From assembly GCA_949297765.1 (NCBI GenBank), contig CASFTV010000005.1:66144-130143 (forward strand): 64,000 nucleotides of DNA, given 5' to 3'. The position numbers and the translations under genes are program-made. The stretch comes from an uncultured bacterium (lineage in GTDB: Bacteria; Verrucomicrobiota; Lentisphaeria; Victivallales; UBA1829). Positions within the stretch are counted from its first letter, which is position 1. Each line of letters opens with the position of its first letter. Below the pieces are notes generated by a model that saw only the letters and a list, made by a program, of their open reading frames with translations, had not been told where the DNA came from and did not search any database. Positions 35,343 to 45,566 of this stretch are shown here, in pieces.

Positions 35343-37085
35343 ATGACGACAACCGCAATCCGCTCTTTCTGCGACCGCAAATTCGGCATGTTCATTCACT
35401 GGGGCCTCTACGCCCTCCCCGGAGGACGGCACAACGGCCGGATCATGGAACCCATCGGCGAATGGTTCCAGTCCTATTTCCGGATGCCGAACGAAGAATA
35501 CGCGAAATTCGCGGCGAAATTCAATCCGGTCAAGTTCAACGCGGATGAATGGATCCGGAAAGCCGCCGAGGCGGGCATCCGCTACATCATCTTCACGACC
35601 AAGCACCACGACGGATTCTGCATGTACGACACAAAGGTGTCCGACTACAACATCGTAAAGATGACGCCGTTCGGACGCGATCCGCTCCGGGAACTCCAGC
35701 ATGCGTGCGCCCGGTACGGGGTCAAACTGGGCGTCTACTACTCCCACCATCTCGACTGGCATGAGAAGGACGGGGGCGATCCCGATCCCTCGCGCGGACT
35801 CAACTGCAACTCGATGCACTGGGGCAACGACTGGGATTTCCCGAACCGCGCGGAAAAAAACTTTGCCAATTACTTCCACGGCAAAGTCATCCCGCAGGTC
35901 ACCGAACTGCTTACAAACTACGGCGAAATCTGCGAACTCTGGTGCGACTGCCCGATGGACATCAAGCCCGAATTCAGCCGGGAACTCCGTGCGCTTGTCA
36001 AAAAACTCCAGCCGGACTGCATGATCAACAGCCGGATCGGAAACGACTGTCACGACTTTGTCGGACTTGGCGACAACCAGCTTCTCTGCAACCGTCTCCA
36101 ATATCCGGTGGAGTCCCCCGGCACCCTCAACAACACCTGGGGATTCAAATATGACGATCACAACTGGAAATCCACCGAACAGATCATCACACAGCTGATC
36201 TCCCTGACCGAAAAGAACGCCAACTACCTCATGAACGTCGGCCCCACACCGGAAGGCGACTTCACCCCGGAAACCGACCGGATTCTCGCCGGCATCGCCG
36301 ACTGGATCCGCGACAAGAAACAGGCGATCCACGCCTCCGATCCGAATCCGTTCCCCCTTGAACTCGATTTTGCCTACTGCACCCGGAAAGGAAACACCCT
36401 GAACCTTTTCCTGAAAAAGACTCCTGAAACACTTACGCTGAACGGCATCCGGACCCGTCTTCTTTCCGCGGGAGGAGCGACGTTCTCCCAGAAAGGCGAA
36501 ACGATCACGATCCGCCTTCCGGATTTCCATGGAGCATTCCTGCCGCTTCTCACGCTGGAATTCGATCAGGAACCGCAGATCCGTCAGGACTTCATTCCGC
36601 AGAACGGCGCAATGGTTCTGGGGATGAGCGCCGGAACCATCCGCGAGGGGAATACCGACGGAGCGGAAGGAGAAGAGGTCATCGACGAAGCCGCGGTCGC
36701 GCACAAACTCTCCAGCCATGTCCATCTCGACCGGGACGGAACTGTCTGCGACTGGAACAACACCGTCGACGCCATCGTCTGGAACGTCGAATTCCCGGAA
36801 AAAGGTTCCTATGACGTCTTCCTCGCGACCCAGACCCGATGGGCGCAGCAGCCCTGGGACGGAAAACGCGAAATGGAAGTCGAATGGAATGGACAGCGCA
36901 TCGTCTCCACATTGAACAGGGATCAGGATTTCTCCACTTCGCACCGCAGGAAATACGAATCCCGCCTCGGCGTTCTGAATGTGGAAGCGGGAGAACGCGG
37001 AATGCTGATCCTGAGGACGCTCCGGATCGGCTCGAAGGAAGCGGGAGCTCTGAATCTGGCCTCCCTCCGTCTGGTGCGGAAATAG
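35343..37085 (+). CDS. Alpha-L-fucosidase (GH29) with C-terminal beta-sandwich
   Basis: FGMFIHWGLYALPG, TTKHHDGFCMYDT, YYSHHLDW. No signal peptide is evident. Confidence 0.88.
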   Translation: MTTTAIRSFCDRKFGMFIHWGLYALPGGRHNGRIMEPIGEWFQSYFRMPNEEYAKFAAKFNPVKFNADEWIRKAAEAGIRYIIFTTKHHDGFCMYDTKVSDYNIVKMTPFGRDPLRELQHACARYGVKLGVYYSHHLDWHEKDGGDPDPSRGLNCNSMHWGNDWDFPNRAEKNFANYFHGKVIPQVTELLTNYGEICELWCDCPMDIKPEFSRELRALVKKLQPDCMINSRIGNDCHDFVGLGDNQLLCNRLQYPVESPGTLNNTWGFKYDDHNWKSTEQIITQLISLTEKNANYLMNVGPTPEGDFTPETDRILAGIADWIRDKKQAIHASDPNPFPLELDFAYCTRKGNTLNLFLKKTPETLTLNGIRTRLLSAGGATFSQKGETITIRLPDFHGAFLPLLTLEFDQEPQIRQDFIPQNGAMVLGMSAGTIREGNTDGAEGEEVIDEAAVAHKLSSHVHLDRDGTVCDWNNTVDAIVWNVEFPEKGSYDVFLATQTRWAQQPWDGKREMEVEWNGQRIVSTLNRDQDFSTSHRRKYESRLGVLNVEAGERGMLILRTLRIGSKEAGALNLASLRLVRK

Positions 37086-37183
37086 AACGTGCATGGAGCG
37101 GAACGCGGAGGGGAAAACGCCCTCTCCGGAACCGGAACAGCGGCGGATATCCGCGAAAAAAAGGAATAAATCGAATTTCCGAT

Positions 37184-37212
37184 TTGACTATTTCTCCCGT
37201 CCGGGTTAAACT
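37184..37212 (+). promoter_or_regulatory. Candidate internal promoter before 37248
   Basis: TTGACT (37184-37189), a 17-nt spacer, then TAAACT (37207-37212). Confidence 0.35.
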
Positions 37213-37247
37213 ACCGGAAAGAGCAACACCAAACGGGAGAATCGGAT

Positions 37248-38405
37248 ATGTCGGAATTTGTTCAGAAAACGTCGTCGCACAATGCCGGCGGCTGGCTTGT
37301 CAACGCACCCGGAATCGAGTATTTTGTCACGGAGGAGGGCGGGCAGATTGCGCCGGTCGTCTTCCGCCTCCCCGACGGGAGAACGGCGGAACCCTATCAT
37401 CTCACGCCGTGGCAGGACGAGGAAAAAAGCAGTCTCTCCGGCGCTCTGAAAAATCTGCGCGGGGAGATTTTCTGCATGCCGTTCGGAGGAAACGCCGATC
37501 CGGTTGACGGAGAAAAGCATCCCGCCCACGGCGAGTGTTCCGGCGGAAAATGGGAACTGCTCTCCGCGGAGGAGAACGGGATGTCCGCAACGGTACGCTT
37601 CCGTTTTCATTCGCATGTCCGGGAATCCGAGCTGGTCAAGGAGGTCGTGGTGAACCGGGGGGAAAGCGTCCTCTATTTCAAGCATACGATTTCCGGTTCG
37701 CATGGGACCATGCCGCTCGGGCACCATCCGATCATCAAAATGCCGGAGAAGGGAGAAACGATGTTTCTGTCCGTCGGGGAGTTTGAATACGGCTCCACCT
37801 GTCCGGGGGTGTTTTCCGATCCGGAAAAGGAGGCGTATCAGATTCTTGCGCGCGGAGCGGAATTCAAGACCATCGAAAAGGTCCCGGCGCTGCCGCGGGA
37901 TATTGAGAGCATTGACTATTCGGTGTTTCCCTCGCCGTATGGATTCTGCGATCTGTTTTCCGTGTTCAAGAAACCGTCGGAGAAACCGGCGTGGGTTGCG
38001 GCGGTGTATCCCGGAAGGGGGTATCTCTGGTTTGCGCTGAAGGATGCGGCCGTTCTGCCGTCCACGACGCTCTGGATCTCCAATTCCGGCCGTTTTTTTG
38101 CGCCCTGGAGCGGACGGACGCGCTGCATCGGCGTGGAGGATACCTGCTCCTATTTCGCGGACGGGCTCAAACACTCCGTGGAGCACAACAAGCTCAACGA
38201 TCTCGGGTTCCCGACCGCAATTGGGCTGAATCCGGAAAAGCCGACGGAAATCCGTCACATTCAAGGAGTTGCAGCGGTCCCGGGAGATTTCGGGAAGATT
38301 GCCGGAGCGGAATTCGGCGAACGGTCGGTCACATTCCGCGACGTTCACGGGAAAACCGTCACAGCCGCCGTTGACCACGCATTTGTCATGAAAGGATCCA
38401 AATGA
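37248..38405 (+). CDS. Hypothetical protein, possibly galactose-mutarotase-like (aldose-1-epimerase superfamily)
   Basis: 385 aa. HPAHGECSGGKWELL and PLGHHPIIKMP are reminiscent of epimerase His blocks; the function call is weak. ATGA overlap with the next gene. Confidence 0.6.
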   Translation: MSEFVQKTSSHNAGGWLVNAPGIEYFVTEEGGQIAPVVFRLPDGRTAEPYHLTPWQDEEKSSLSGALKNLRGEIFCMPFGGNADPVDGEKHPAHGECSGGKWELLSAEENGMSATVRFRFHSHVRESELVKEVVVNRGESVLYFKHTISGSHGTMPLGHHPIIKMPEKGETMFLSVGEFEYGSTCPGVFSDPEKEAYQILARGAEFKTIEKVPALPRDIESIDYSVFPSPYGFCDLFSVFKKPSEKPAWVAAVYPGRGYLWFALKDAAVLPSTTLWISNSGRFFAPWSGRTRCIGVEDTCSYFADGLKHSVEHNKLNDLGFPTAIGLNPEKPTEIRHIQGVAAVPGDFGKIAGAEFGERSVTFRDVHGKTVTAAVDHAFVMKGSK

Positions 38406-40348
38406 AACAGGTTTCTTTTCAGGATTGCTTTGCTGAAGTGCAGGAAGGGCGCCTGATTCTTGGAAACGCCGCCATCCGGCGGACTCTGGATCTCACATCC
38501 GGAATGCCGAGGACCGTATCGCTCCGGGACGGGGCGGGATTCGAATACGCCGCGGACGACAAGGCGGAAGAGGATCTCTCGTTCATGGGACTGAACGGCT
38601 GCGGACAGGAAGGAATCGCATGGGAGATTGCGGAGGTATCCGCGGAAGCACAGGAGCATCCGGATTTCGAGGCGCCGCATCTTCTTGTCTCGCTCCGGAT
38701 GTATGAACGGGTGCAGGAGATTGAACTGAAACGGTTTTTCGCCGTCTATCCGGGAATTCCGGCGATGGCGGTATGGAATACGATCCGCTCCGCGGTGATG
38801 CCGCGGGTGTTCTGGAACGGACGGTCGCAGATTTCCGACTGGAACCGGGCGGACGAACGGAGGGAGAGCCGGGTGGACAGCATCCGTCTCGCCCCCGGTT
38901 TCGAAACATTCGAATCGGTGGAGTTCCGCGGACGGACCGATGAACACGACGATCTGGTCTTCCGCCACACTGCGGAAAATGGATTTGCCGACGGGAATCT
39001 TCTGTTTGCCTCTTCGGCGGACGGGCGGACCGTGTTCTATCTTCAGGAGGCTCCGCCCACGCAGGAGCGGCGCGACATGGAGAAACACGACTTCCGCATC
39101 GACGGTCGGACGGTCCACTCTCTCTGCTGGGGGATCCATCCTTCGGAGATCCGGCCGGACAAAACCTTCCGTTCGAACCGGAATGTGATAGCGCTCTGCC
39201 GGACCGCGGAACGCAATGCTCTTCTGCGGAACTATCTTCGCCGCCGTTTTCCGTCGGATTCCGCCCGGCACACCGTCACGGTGAATCCGTGGGGATGCGG
39301 ACAGTTTCCGAAACTGGTTTCTGAAACGTTTCTGAAGGAGGAGTTCCGGGCCGCCGCCGAATGCGGCGCCACGCACTATCAGATCGACGACTCCTGGCAG
39401 GAGGGCGGAAGCCTGCTGGAAATGATCGTGAAAAACCGTCATATCACCCCTTCGTTCTGGGAGGTGTCGCGCGAGCGGCTGAACGGGACCTTTGCTCCGC
39501 TGACCGAAGCGGCGAAGGAGGCGGGAATCGAACCCTCTCTCTGGATCGCGCCGAGTTCCAACGCGGAATACCGCGACTGGCGGGAATTCGTCGACATTCT
39601 TCTCCGCCTGCACCGCGAATCCGGATTCAACATGTTCAAGATCGACGGTGTTCTGATCCGCACCACCGAAGCGGAAGAGAATCTGGAACGGCTTCTGCGG
39701 GAGGCCTGTCTCCAGTCCGGCGGGAAGATCTCCTTCAATCTGGATACCACCGCGGGACAGCGTCCCGGCTACTTCCGGATGCTGGAATACGGAACGATCT
39801 TCCTCCAGAACCGGTATGTCTGCCACCTATGGGGCCTCGGATACCATCCGGAAAAAACCCTCCGCTCCCTCTGGCAGCTTGCACACTACATGCGGACAGA
39901 GATGCTGCAGATCGAAATTCCCTATCCCGGCGACATCAATCCGGAATTTTACAAGGATAAATCCTTCGGCTCTCCGGATGCGTATCCGTGGCGTTACTGG
40001 ATGGCGGTTGCGCTGTTTGCCAATCCGCTTCTGTGGTTTGCGCCGTCGCGGACCGCCCCCGCGGACCGCCCCGGACTTCGGTCGATGATGGAACTGCACC
40101 GCCGCCTGCGGGACCGGATTTTCTCCGGCGATGTGATTCCCGTCGGAACAAAGCCGGATGGCGCCGCCATCACCGGATTCCATGCCGATGCGGGATATCT
40201 GCTCCTCTTCCGCGAACGCCGCGGCCCGGAATCCGCAACGCTGAATCTGCCGGGGTGCTGGAAACTTCTGGAGGGAAAAGGAACCTTCGACGGGAAAACG
40301 GCCGTGCTTCCGGATCCGGCTTCTTTCGCGCTGTTTCAGGCGGAATGA
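38402..40348 (+). CDS. Alpha-galactosidase-like glycoside hydrolase (GH36/clan GH-D)
   Basis: 648 aa. YQIDDSWQEGG and FNMFKIDGV match the DDGW and KxD blocks of clan GH-D. Confidence 0.7.
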   Translation: MKQVSFQDCFAEVQEGRLILGNAAIRRTLDLTSGMPRTVSLRDGAGFEYAADDKAEEDLSFMGLNGCGQEGIAWEIAEVSAEAQEHPDFEAPHLLVSLRMYERVQEIELKRFFAVYPGIPAMAVWNTIRSAVMPRVFWNGRSQISDWNRADERRESRVDSIRLAPGFETFESVEFRGRTDEHDDLVFRHTAENGFADGNLLFASSADGRTVFYLQEAPPTQERRDMEKHDFRIDGRTVHSLCWGIHPSEIRPDKTFRSNRNVIALCRTAERNALLRNYLRRRFPSDSARHTVTVNPWGCGQFPKLVSETFLKEEFRAAAECGATHYQIDDSWQEGGSLLEMIVKNRHITPSFWEVSRERLNGTFAPLTEAAKEAGIEPSLWIAPSSNAEYRDWREFVDILLRLHRESGFNMFKIDGVLIRTTEAEENLERLLREACLQSGGKISFNLDTTAGQRPGYFRMLEYGTIFLQNRYVCHLWGLGYHPEKTLRSLWQLAHYMRTEMLQIEIPYPGDINPEFYKDKSFGSPDAYPWRYWMAVALFANPLLWFAPSRTAPADRPGLRSMMELHRRLRDRIFSGDVIPVGTKPDGAAITGFHADAGYLLLFRERRGPESATLNLPGCWKLLEGKGTFDGKTAVLPDPASFALFQAE

Positions 40349-40372
40349 CCGCACGGCCGCGCAGAGCCGGTC

Positions 40373-40834
40373 TCAGCGGGAGGAACGCTCCCCGGAAGGA
40401 ACGACCTGAAGGTCCAGATTGTCCGATCCGATCAGGTAGAGCGGACGGCGGGTGAGTTCTGCCGCGGTAAGGCCGGTCCGGTCCGCCTCCAGACGGATCA
40501 TCGCCCCCTCCGCGGAACGGATGGCAAAAACGGAACCCGACGGACGGAAACGGATCGTCTCGCGTCCCGCCGCACTCCAGAGCATCCAGACACGCTCCGG
40601 TCTTCCGGCCCGCGTCCAGCGGCAGAGGCGGAGATTTCCCTCGCTCCGGAGAAGAATCTCTCCATCCGGAGAAGGTGCAATCCGTTTAAAGAAACGGTTT
40701 TCCCGTTCCGTCTCCAGAGGAAGCGCGGAACGATGGACCGCCGTGGAAGAAACGGAACAGCAGCCGGAAATCAGCAGCAGTGCGAGAAGTGGAAAAACTG
40801 TTCTCCATCCGGATTTCCATTTGCGGAGTCTCAT
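40373..40834 (-). CDS. Small lipoprotein, function unknown
   Basis: Lipobox LLLISGC. ATG 40834 sits 8 nt after AGAGAGG and is preferred over the GTG at 40843. Confidence 0.65.
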   Translation of the reverse strand: MRLRKWKSGWRTVFPLLALLLISGCCSVSSTAVHRSALPLETERENRFFKRIAPSPDGEILLRSEGNLRLCRWTRAGRPERVWMLWSAAGRETIRFRPSGSVFAIRSAEGAMIRLEADRTGLTAAELTRRPLYLIGSDNLDLQVVPSGERSSR

Positions 40835-40876
40835 TGCCGTCACCTCTCTTTCCTTTTCCCGGATACTGTACGCGCG

Positions 40877-40908
40877 GACCGGAAAAAATCAAGTGTTTTT
40901 TTCCGGTC
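40877..40908. repeat. Perfect 12-bp inverted repeat spanning the stop codon of the GH42-like gene
   Basis: GACCGGAAAAAA-tcaagtgt-TTTTTTCCGGTC, located between the GH gene and the lipoprotein gene. Confidence 0.6.
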
Positions 40909-42763
40909 CGGTTTCCGTCAGATGAAGAAGAATGGTCTCGGGCCCGGAAAACACATATTCGAGCCGGTCGGGCGCCGTTCTCTCCGGGACGGCGGAACCC
41001 AGCAGCATCCGCACGTCCGCGGGACGGCGCAGACGGATGGTATGCCGTCCGCTCTCCGCGGTATGGATCATCAGCAGGTCGCGCGACGCCCAGACGGGGC
41101 AGAGAAGATCGGTGTAAAAATGAACCCCCGCCTTTTCCGCCAGAGTCCGGAGAAGAGACTCCGGCAGGCTCCGGGAATCCGGGACAAAGACGCTGTTCCA
41201 GCCCTCCATCTTCCGTTCCGTGAAAGAGGCGCATGTTTCGGGGAATCCGGTAAGTGTCCGCATCCGGGAGGGTGTCCTGCGCCGTCCGTCGGAAACCGCC
41301 GCGCCGTAGAGCCAGACCACCGTGCGGCCCGCAGTCAGAATCCGCTCCCGGAGAATGCGTTCCTTTTCCTCCGTGACTTCGAACAGCCCCGGAAAAAGAA
41401 TCAGACGGAACGGCGAAAGATCGGGAATCCGCGGAAGATCGCGGAAGGAATAGACCCGGTACGGTGCGCCGCAGCGGTTGCAGGAGCGGAGCAGAGAAGG
41501 AATCATCCCGTCCGCAATGCTGTCCGGCGCTTCATCGTCGATGAGCAGGGCGCTGTCCGGATCGACGATCACCGCGATTTCCGCATCCGGTTCACGGCGG
41601 GTGTCTGCGAAGCGGTCGCTGATCCGTTGGAATCTGCCGATCTCCCCTGTCAGGGTTTCCGAGTCGTAATATCCGCCCCACATGTCGAACCACCAGAGCG
41701 ACGCTCCGTGGAACAGCGAACGGCAGAATTCCCGGCGGAGTCCCGCGACATCCGCCGTTTCGTCGGGCCATTGCTTCATCCACTTGAGCCGGACATGGCT
41801 GCTGAGCTGATAATTTGCCGTGCTGGTTCCATGGTCGATCTCATGAAAAGCGTTTTTCCCGTGGAGATGCAGAGTCCCGTTCGGAGCCATGAATCCGGCG
41901 CCGCCCCCCATTTCACGGTCGTAATAGCAGCCGGGACTGATGAGAAAATCGACTCCGGACAGCGCGCAGACCTTCTCATACGCGAGATGCCCGCACTGCA
42001 CCAGCCGTTCCCGTCCCAGCTGGAGGATGTATCCGTAGAAGACCCCGAGCGCCGTCTGTTCCGGAATCATCTCCCTTGCCGCCTCCGTAAAGGAAGCGAT
42101 TCCCTCCGCAACGCATTCACTGATGAATTTCCAGTAGCGCAGGGCCGCGGCGTCCTTTTCCGGATCGCGCAGGAACAGCGGAGGATCGGAACGGAAACGG
42201 CGGGCAAGGTCGGGAATGGAAACGGGATCGTCCCATCCGTGTTCCACGCTCCACTGCCGGTAGGCGGACCGTTTTCCGGCAAGTTCGCAGCCTTTGGAAT
42301 AATCCATCCACTCATCGGTCATTCCGCAGGCGAGAATGTAAGCGCGGATCCGGTTCGGCCAGGCGGATTCCAGATGCGAAAGCAGCGCGCGGAGATATTT
42401 TTCCGTCTCCTCCCTCCAGCGGGCGGTGGTAAGGGCGTTGGTGAGTCCGAGAGTGCTGTCGGCGGAGGTCCGCATCAGCTGACGCACCAGCCAGTTCGGA
42501 GAATTGAGATCTATCATGCACAGGAGCTCCGCTTCCGGCGCAACGGAGAGCAGATCGGCGATCTGCCGGTCCGCATGTTCAAATTCATACGCATCAAAGA
42601 ACACCCAGTTCGGAGGATACTCCACATAGGGCTGGCCGAGGGAGTTGGTTGTATTCGCAGGAAATACGCAGAACTGCCGGATTCCGGCTTCATAAAAGCG
42701 CCGGACGGTTTGCAGTTCCCGGCGGAATGAACGGTACGCGAAAAAAGGCTTCGACGGCATCAT
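40889..42763 (-). CDS. Putative cytoplasmic glycoside hydrolase with GH42-like architecture (TIM barrel + GATase-like trimerisation-type domain)
   Basis: 624 aa with no signal peptide. The C-terminal part (IAVIVDPDS…YRVYSFRDL…FRLILFPGLFEVTEEK…GRTVVWLYG) resembles the beta-galactosidase trimerisation domain. Family assignment is uncertain. Confidence 0.6.
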   Translation of the reverse strand: MMPSKPFFAYRSFRRELQTVRRFYEAGIRQFCVFPANTTNSLGQPYVEYPPNWVFFDAYEFEHADRQIADLLSVAPEAELLCMIDLNSPNWLVRQLMRTSADSTLGLTNALTTARWREETEKYLRALLSHLESAWPNRIRAYILACGMTDEWMDYSKGCELAGKRSAYRQWSVEHGWDDPVSIPDLARRFRSDPPLFLRDPEKDAAALRYWKFISECVAEGIASFTEAAREMIPEQTALGVFYGYILQLGRERLVQCGHLAYEKVCALSGVDFLISPGCYYDREMGGGAGFMAPNGTLHLHGKNAFHEIDHGTSTANYQLSSHVRLKWMKQWPDETADVAGLRREFCRSLFHGASLWWFDMWGGYYDSETLTGEIGRFQRISDRFADTRREPDAEIAVIVDPDSALLIDDEAPDSIADGMIPSLLRSCNRCGAPYRVYSFRDLPRIPDLSPFRLILFPGLFEVTEEKERILRERILTAGRTVVWLYGAAVSDGRRRTPSRMRTLTGFPETCASFTERKMEGWNSVFVPDSRSLPESLLRTLAEKAGVHFYTDLLCPVWASRDLLMIHTAESGRHTIRLRRPADVRMLLGSAVPERTAPDRLEYVFSGPETILLHLTETGPEKNT

Positions 42764-42808
42764 GGGAAAATTCTCCTTCGATTTCTGCGGAAACGGAATC
42801 CGCGAGAT

Positions 42809-43564
42809 CTATTCCAGATCAAGTTTTCGGTTGATTTCACGGGCGCGGCCGGTCAGGAATGCGATTTCGAACCGGCGCTTTTCCTCCGTCACCAGAGCGG
42901 CGGGACGGGCGGAGGCGAACGCGGCAACGCATTTTCCGTTGCGGAACACGGGAACCGCCGCGATTCCCCACCACCGGCTCACGAGCGAGGCATATCCGTT
43001 GCGGCGGACCCCGTCCAGATAGCGGGTCCGGCTTTCAGGATCGCTGAAGACAGGCCGCATGAACGACATTTCCTCCAGAATCCGGGAACACTGTTCCAGC
43101 AGCGTCTCCCGTTCCCCGGGCTCCATCCAGGCGAGGAACACATGTCCCGAAGCCGTAAACGCAAGATCGTTGTTCCCCAGCGGACGCAGATCCATCGGCA
43201 GCGACGGGCATCCGTTGCATTCCAGCAGATTGTAGCGCAGCCCGTGATCCATTCTGGAAAGCGTGACAAAGGATTCGAGCTGCTTCGCCGCCTCCCGGAC
43301 ATACGGCTCCGCGATCCGCCGCAGAGCCGATTCGTACCGGACCCTCTTTCCGAACAGGAACGCCCGCACACCGGCACGATATCCCTTCCGCGGACCGGCG
43401 TGCTCCAGGTAGCCCAGTTCCGTCAGATCGGCAATCAGACGGGCGCACGTCTGCCGGTTCAGGTCGGCGAGTTCCGCCATTTCCGAAAGCGACAGGGGAT
43501 CCGGAGAACGCATCACCGCACACTCCAGAATCCGGAACGCCTTGTCAAGCACCCTGGTTTTCAT
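42809..43564 (-). CDS. IclR-family transcriptional regulator
   Basis: 251 aa. wHTH LSLSEMAELADLNRQTCARLIADLTELGYL plus an effector domain. Confidence 0.88.
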   Translation of the reverse strand: MKTRVLDKAFRILECAVMRSPDPLSLSEMAELADLNRQTCARLIADLTELGYLEHAGPRKGYRAGVRAFLFGKRVRYESALRRIAEPYVREAAKQLESFVTLSRMDHGLRYNLLECNGCPSLPMDLRPLGNNDLAFTASGHVFLAWMEPGERETLLEQCSRILEEMSFMRPVFSDPESRTRYLDGVRRNGYASLVSRWWGIAAVPVFRNGKCVAAFASARPAALVTEEKRRFEIAFLTGRAREINRKLDLE

Positions 43565-43602
43565 CGTCTCAGAAGATCCGCCGTTTTTTCTTTTCTCCGG
43601 AA

Positions 43603-43631
43603 AGTATACTGTAAAACCGGGGAAAAATCAA
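43603..43631 (-). promoter_or_regulatory. Candidate promoter of IclR/GH42-like/lipoprotein operon
   Basis: Minus strand reads TTGATT (43626-43631), a 17-nt spacer, then TATACT (43603-43608). Confidence 0.45.
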
Positions 43632-43719
43632 GGGAAGACCTCCGCGGAAATTCCATATCGTTCCTCATTGTGACAAGATAGGCTGTTTTTCTTCGGCAAA
43701 AAGAGGCCGGGAACGATGT

Positions 43720-44628
43720 TCAGAGTTCCTTCCGGACCATATATTCCCGGGGGGAGATGCCGAACATCTTTTTGAACGTCGTGGAGAAATTGAGCGCATT
43801 GGGATAACCGACCTCGGCGGCAATCTGCTTGATCGACCGCTGCTCCGGCAGAAGAAGAAGCGAAACGGCGGCCCGCATCCGGAGACGGAGCAGATACTGA
43901 TAGGGAGTCTCTCCGAAATACTGACGGCAGAGACGGATGAAATGACTCTCGGAAAGAGAGCAGGCATCCGCCATCTCCTTCACGGTCAGGGGTTCGGCAA
44001 GCCGGGTCCGGCAGAACTCGTCGAAATGGATCAGCTGCCGGGGGATGTCCGGTTTCGGTTCGGGATGGCGCAGAAAATTCAGGAAACGCCAGGTCAGGAA
44101 ACTGTTGTTCCGTTCCGTCTCCTGTCCGCCGGATGCGGCCAGAGCTTCGAAATCGCGGATAAGCGAAAGGAAACGTCCCGAGTCGATTCCGGAGAGGACG
44201 TCGATCCGGGAGAGAGCGCTCTCCTTCAGATACGCGCCGAGCAGAGGACCGTTGATGACAAGTGAAAGTTTTTCGCAAGGCTGGTCCACCGCATAGAAAT
44301 CCCCGGTCAGACCGGGCTGAAAAAGAAAAAGCTCGCCCTTCTCCAGTTCGTATCCCCGGTCCTCCTGCCGGAACTGAAGGACGCCGGAACAGATGTACTC
44401 CACCGAGAGATATCCCGCATGACAGCGCCGGAAATGGGCCCCCGGAAGAAGAGCCACTCTCTGAATCGCCGCCGTATGAAGAAGCTCCCGGTCCGGAGCG
44501 CCCATGTTGAGTCCGGAAAGATGAAACGATCGCCGCACGCGCCGATAATAGAGAACCTCTTCTCCGGAAGAGAAGATTTTCGGAATCCGATCGGCATCGA
44601 AATGGGCGCAGCTCTCCAGTCGTCTCAT
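43720..44628 (-). CDS. AraC-family transcriptional regulator
   Basis: 302 aa. C-terminal [32 protein letters not shown]. Confidence 0.88.
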   Translation of the reverse strand: MRRLESCAHFDADRIPKIFSSGEEVLYYRRVRRSFHLSGLNMGAPDRELLHTAAIQRVALLPGAHFRRCHAGYLSVEYICSGVLQFRQEDRGYELEKGELFLFQPGLTGDFYAVDQPCEKLSLVINGPLLGAYLKESALSRIDVLSGIDSGRFLSLIRDFEALAASGGQETERNNSFLTWRFLNFLRHPEPKPDIPRQLIHFDEFCRTRLAEPLTVKEMADACSLSESHFIRLCRQYFGETPYQYLLRLRMRAAVSLLLLPEQRSIKQIAAEVGYPNALNFSTTFKKMFGISPREYMVRKEL

Positions 44629-44693
44629 TTTTTAAAAAGTCATTTTGCAAATATATTCATTATTTTTCAGATGTTATTTTAGCATTATTTCTA

Positions 44694-44721
44694 TTGATTT
44701 TCAAGATTCCGTTGTTATATT
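44694..44721 (+). promoter_or_regulatory. Candidate promoter of pilin-like/GH5-like operon in an AT-rich divergent region
   Basis: TTGATT (44694-44699), a 16-nt spacer, then TATATT (44716-44721). Confidence 0.4.
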
Positions 44722-44789
44722 TGATCTCAGAAAAAGGTTATTTTCATATATTTCAATCATTGCATCCTTCAAACAGAGAGGGGACTCGA

Positions 44790-45539
44790 ATGGGAGAAAA
44801 AAAGGGATTTACACTTCTGGAGCTTCTCATCGTCATTGCAATCATTGCGGTCCTTGCGGCGATGCTGCTTCCTGCGCTGAACAAGGCGAGAAGCGCGGCG
44901 CAGAAAATTTCCTGCGTCAACAATCTGAAACAGCTGGGAACGGCGAACGCTCTGTATGCGGCGGACAATCAGGACATCTATGTCCTGCGGACCTACAAGA
45001 ACTCCTCTTCACGCCCGCCGTGGAGCCAGCTTCTGATGGAGGGAGAGTACCTTCCGACCACGCGGACGGTCAACGTGTGGTTCAAATTCAATCCTGCGCT
45101 GTTCTGTCCGGCGATCCCGAAAAATCCGCCCTATCCGTTCGGCGGCTCGGTCAATATCTACTACAACACCTATGCGATGATCGACTACCACACGGATGCC
45201 GATTTCAACGAGAAAAAAGAGGAACTGGGCGATTTTACGGAATACAAATGGCTGGAAAACTACTATTACCGGATCGGCAAGGCGAAACAGCCGTCCCGCA
45301 CGCCGCTGACCGCGGATTCAAGCTACACCCGCTCGGAAACAAACTTCGGCCTGAGCTACTGCATGGTGCGTCCCGACTATGTGGACAACCGCGGACTCTA
45401 TCTCCGGCACTCGAACATGCTGAACAGCGGCTATTTTGACGGACACGTCCAAACTTCCCGTCCGGATGCCCTGCGCGCCGGTCCGGCGAAGCTCCGCGCT
45501 TTTATTTCCGAGTTCGGAACCACAATGATCTTCGAATAA
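44790..45539 (+). CDS. Prepilin-type N-terminal methylation-domain protein, H-X9-DG family (pseudopilin-like)
   Basis: Start ATG 44790 after AGAGAGGGG. MGEKKG|[28 protein letters not shown] is a class III signal with G-1, F+1 and E+5. C-terminal [12 protein letters not shown] is an exact H-X9-DG. Confidence 0.85.
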   Translation: MGEKKGFTLLELLIVIAIIAVLAAMLLPALNKARSAAQKISCVNNLKQLGTANALYAADNQDIYVLRTYKNSSSRPPWSQLLMEGEYLPTTRTVNVWFKFNPALFCPAIPKNPPYPFGGSVNIYYNTYAMIDYHTDADFNEKKEELGDFTEYKWLENYYYRIGKAKQPSRTPLTADSSYTRSETNFGLSYCMVRPDYVDNRGLYLRHSNMLNSGYFDGHVQTSRPDALRAGPAKLRAFISEFGTTMIFE

Positions 45540-45566
45540 AATTTCCGGGAAAGGAGTCTGTTTCAC

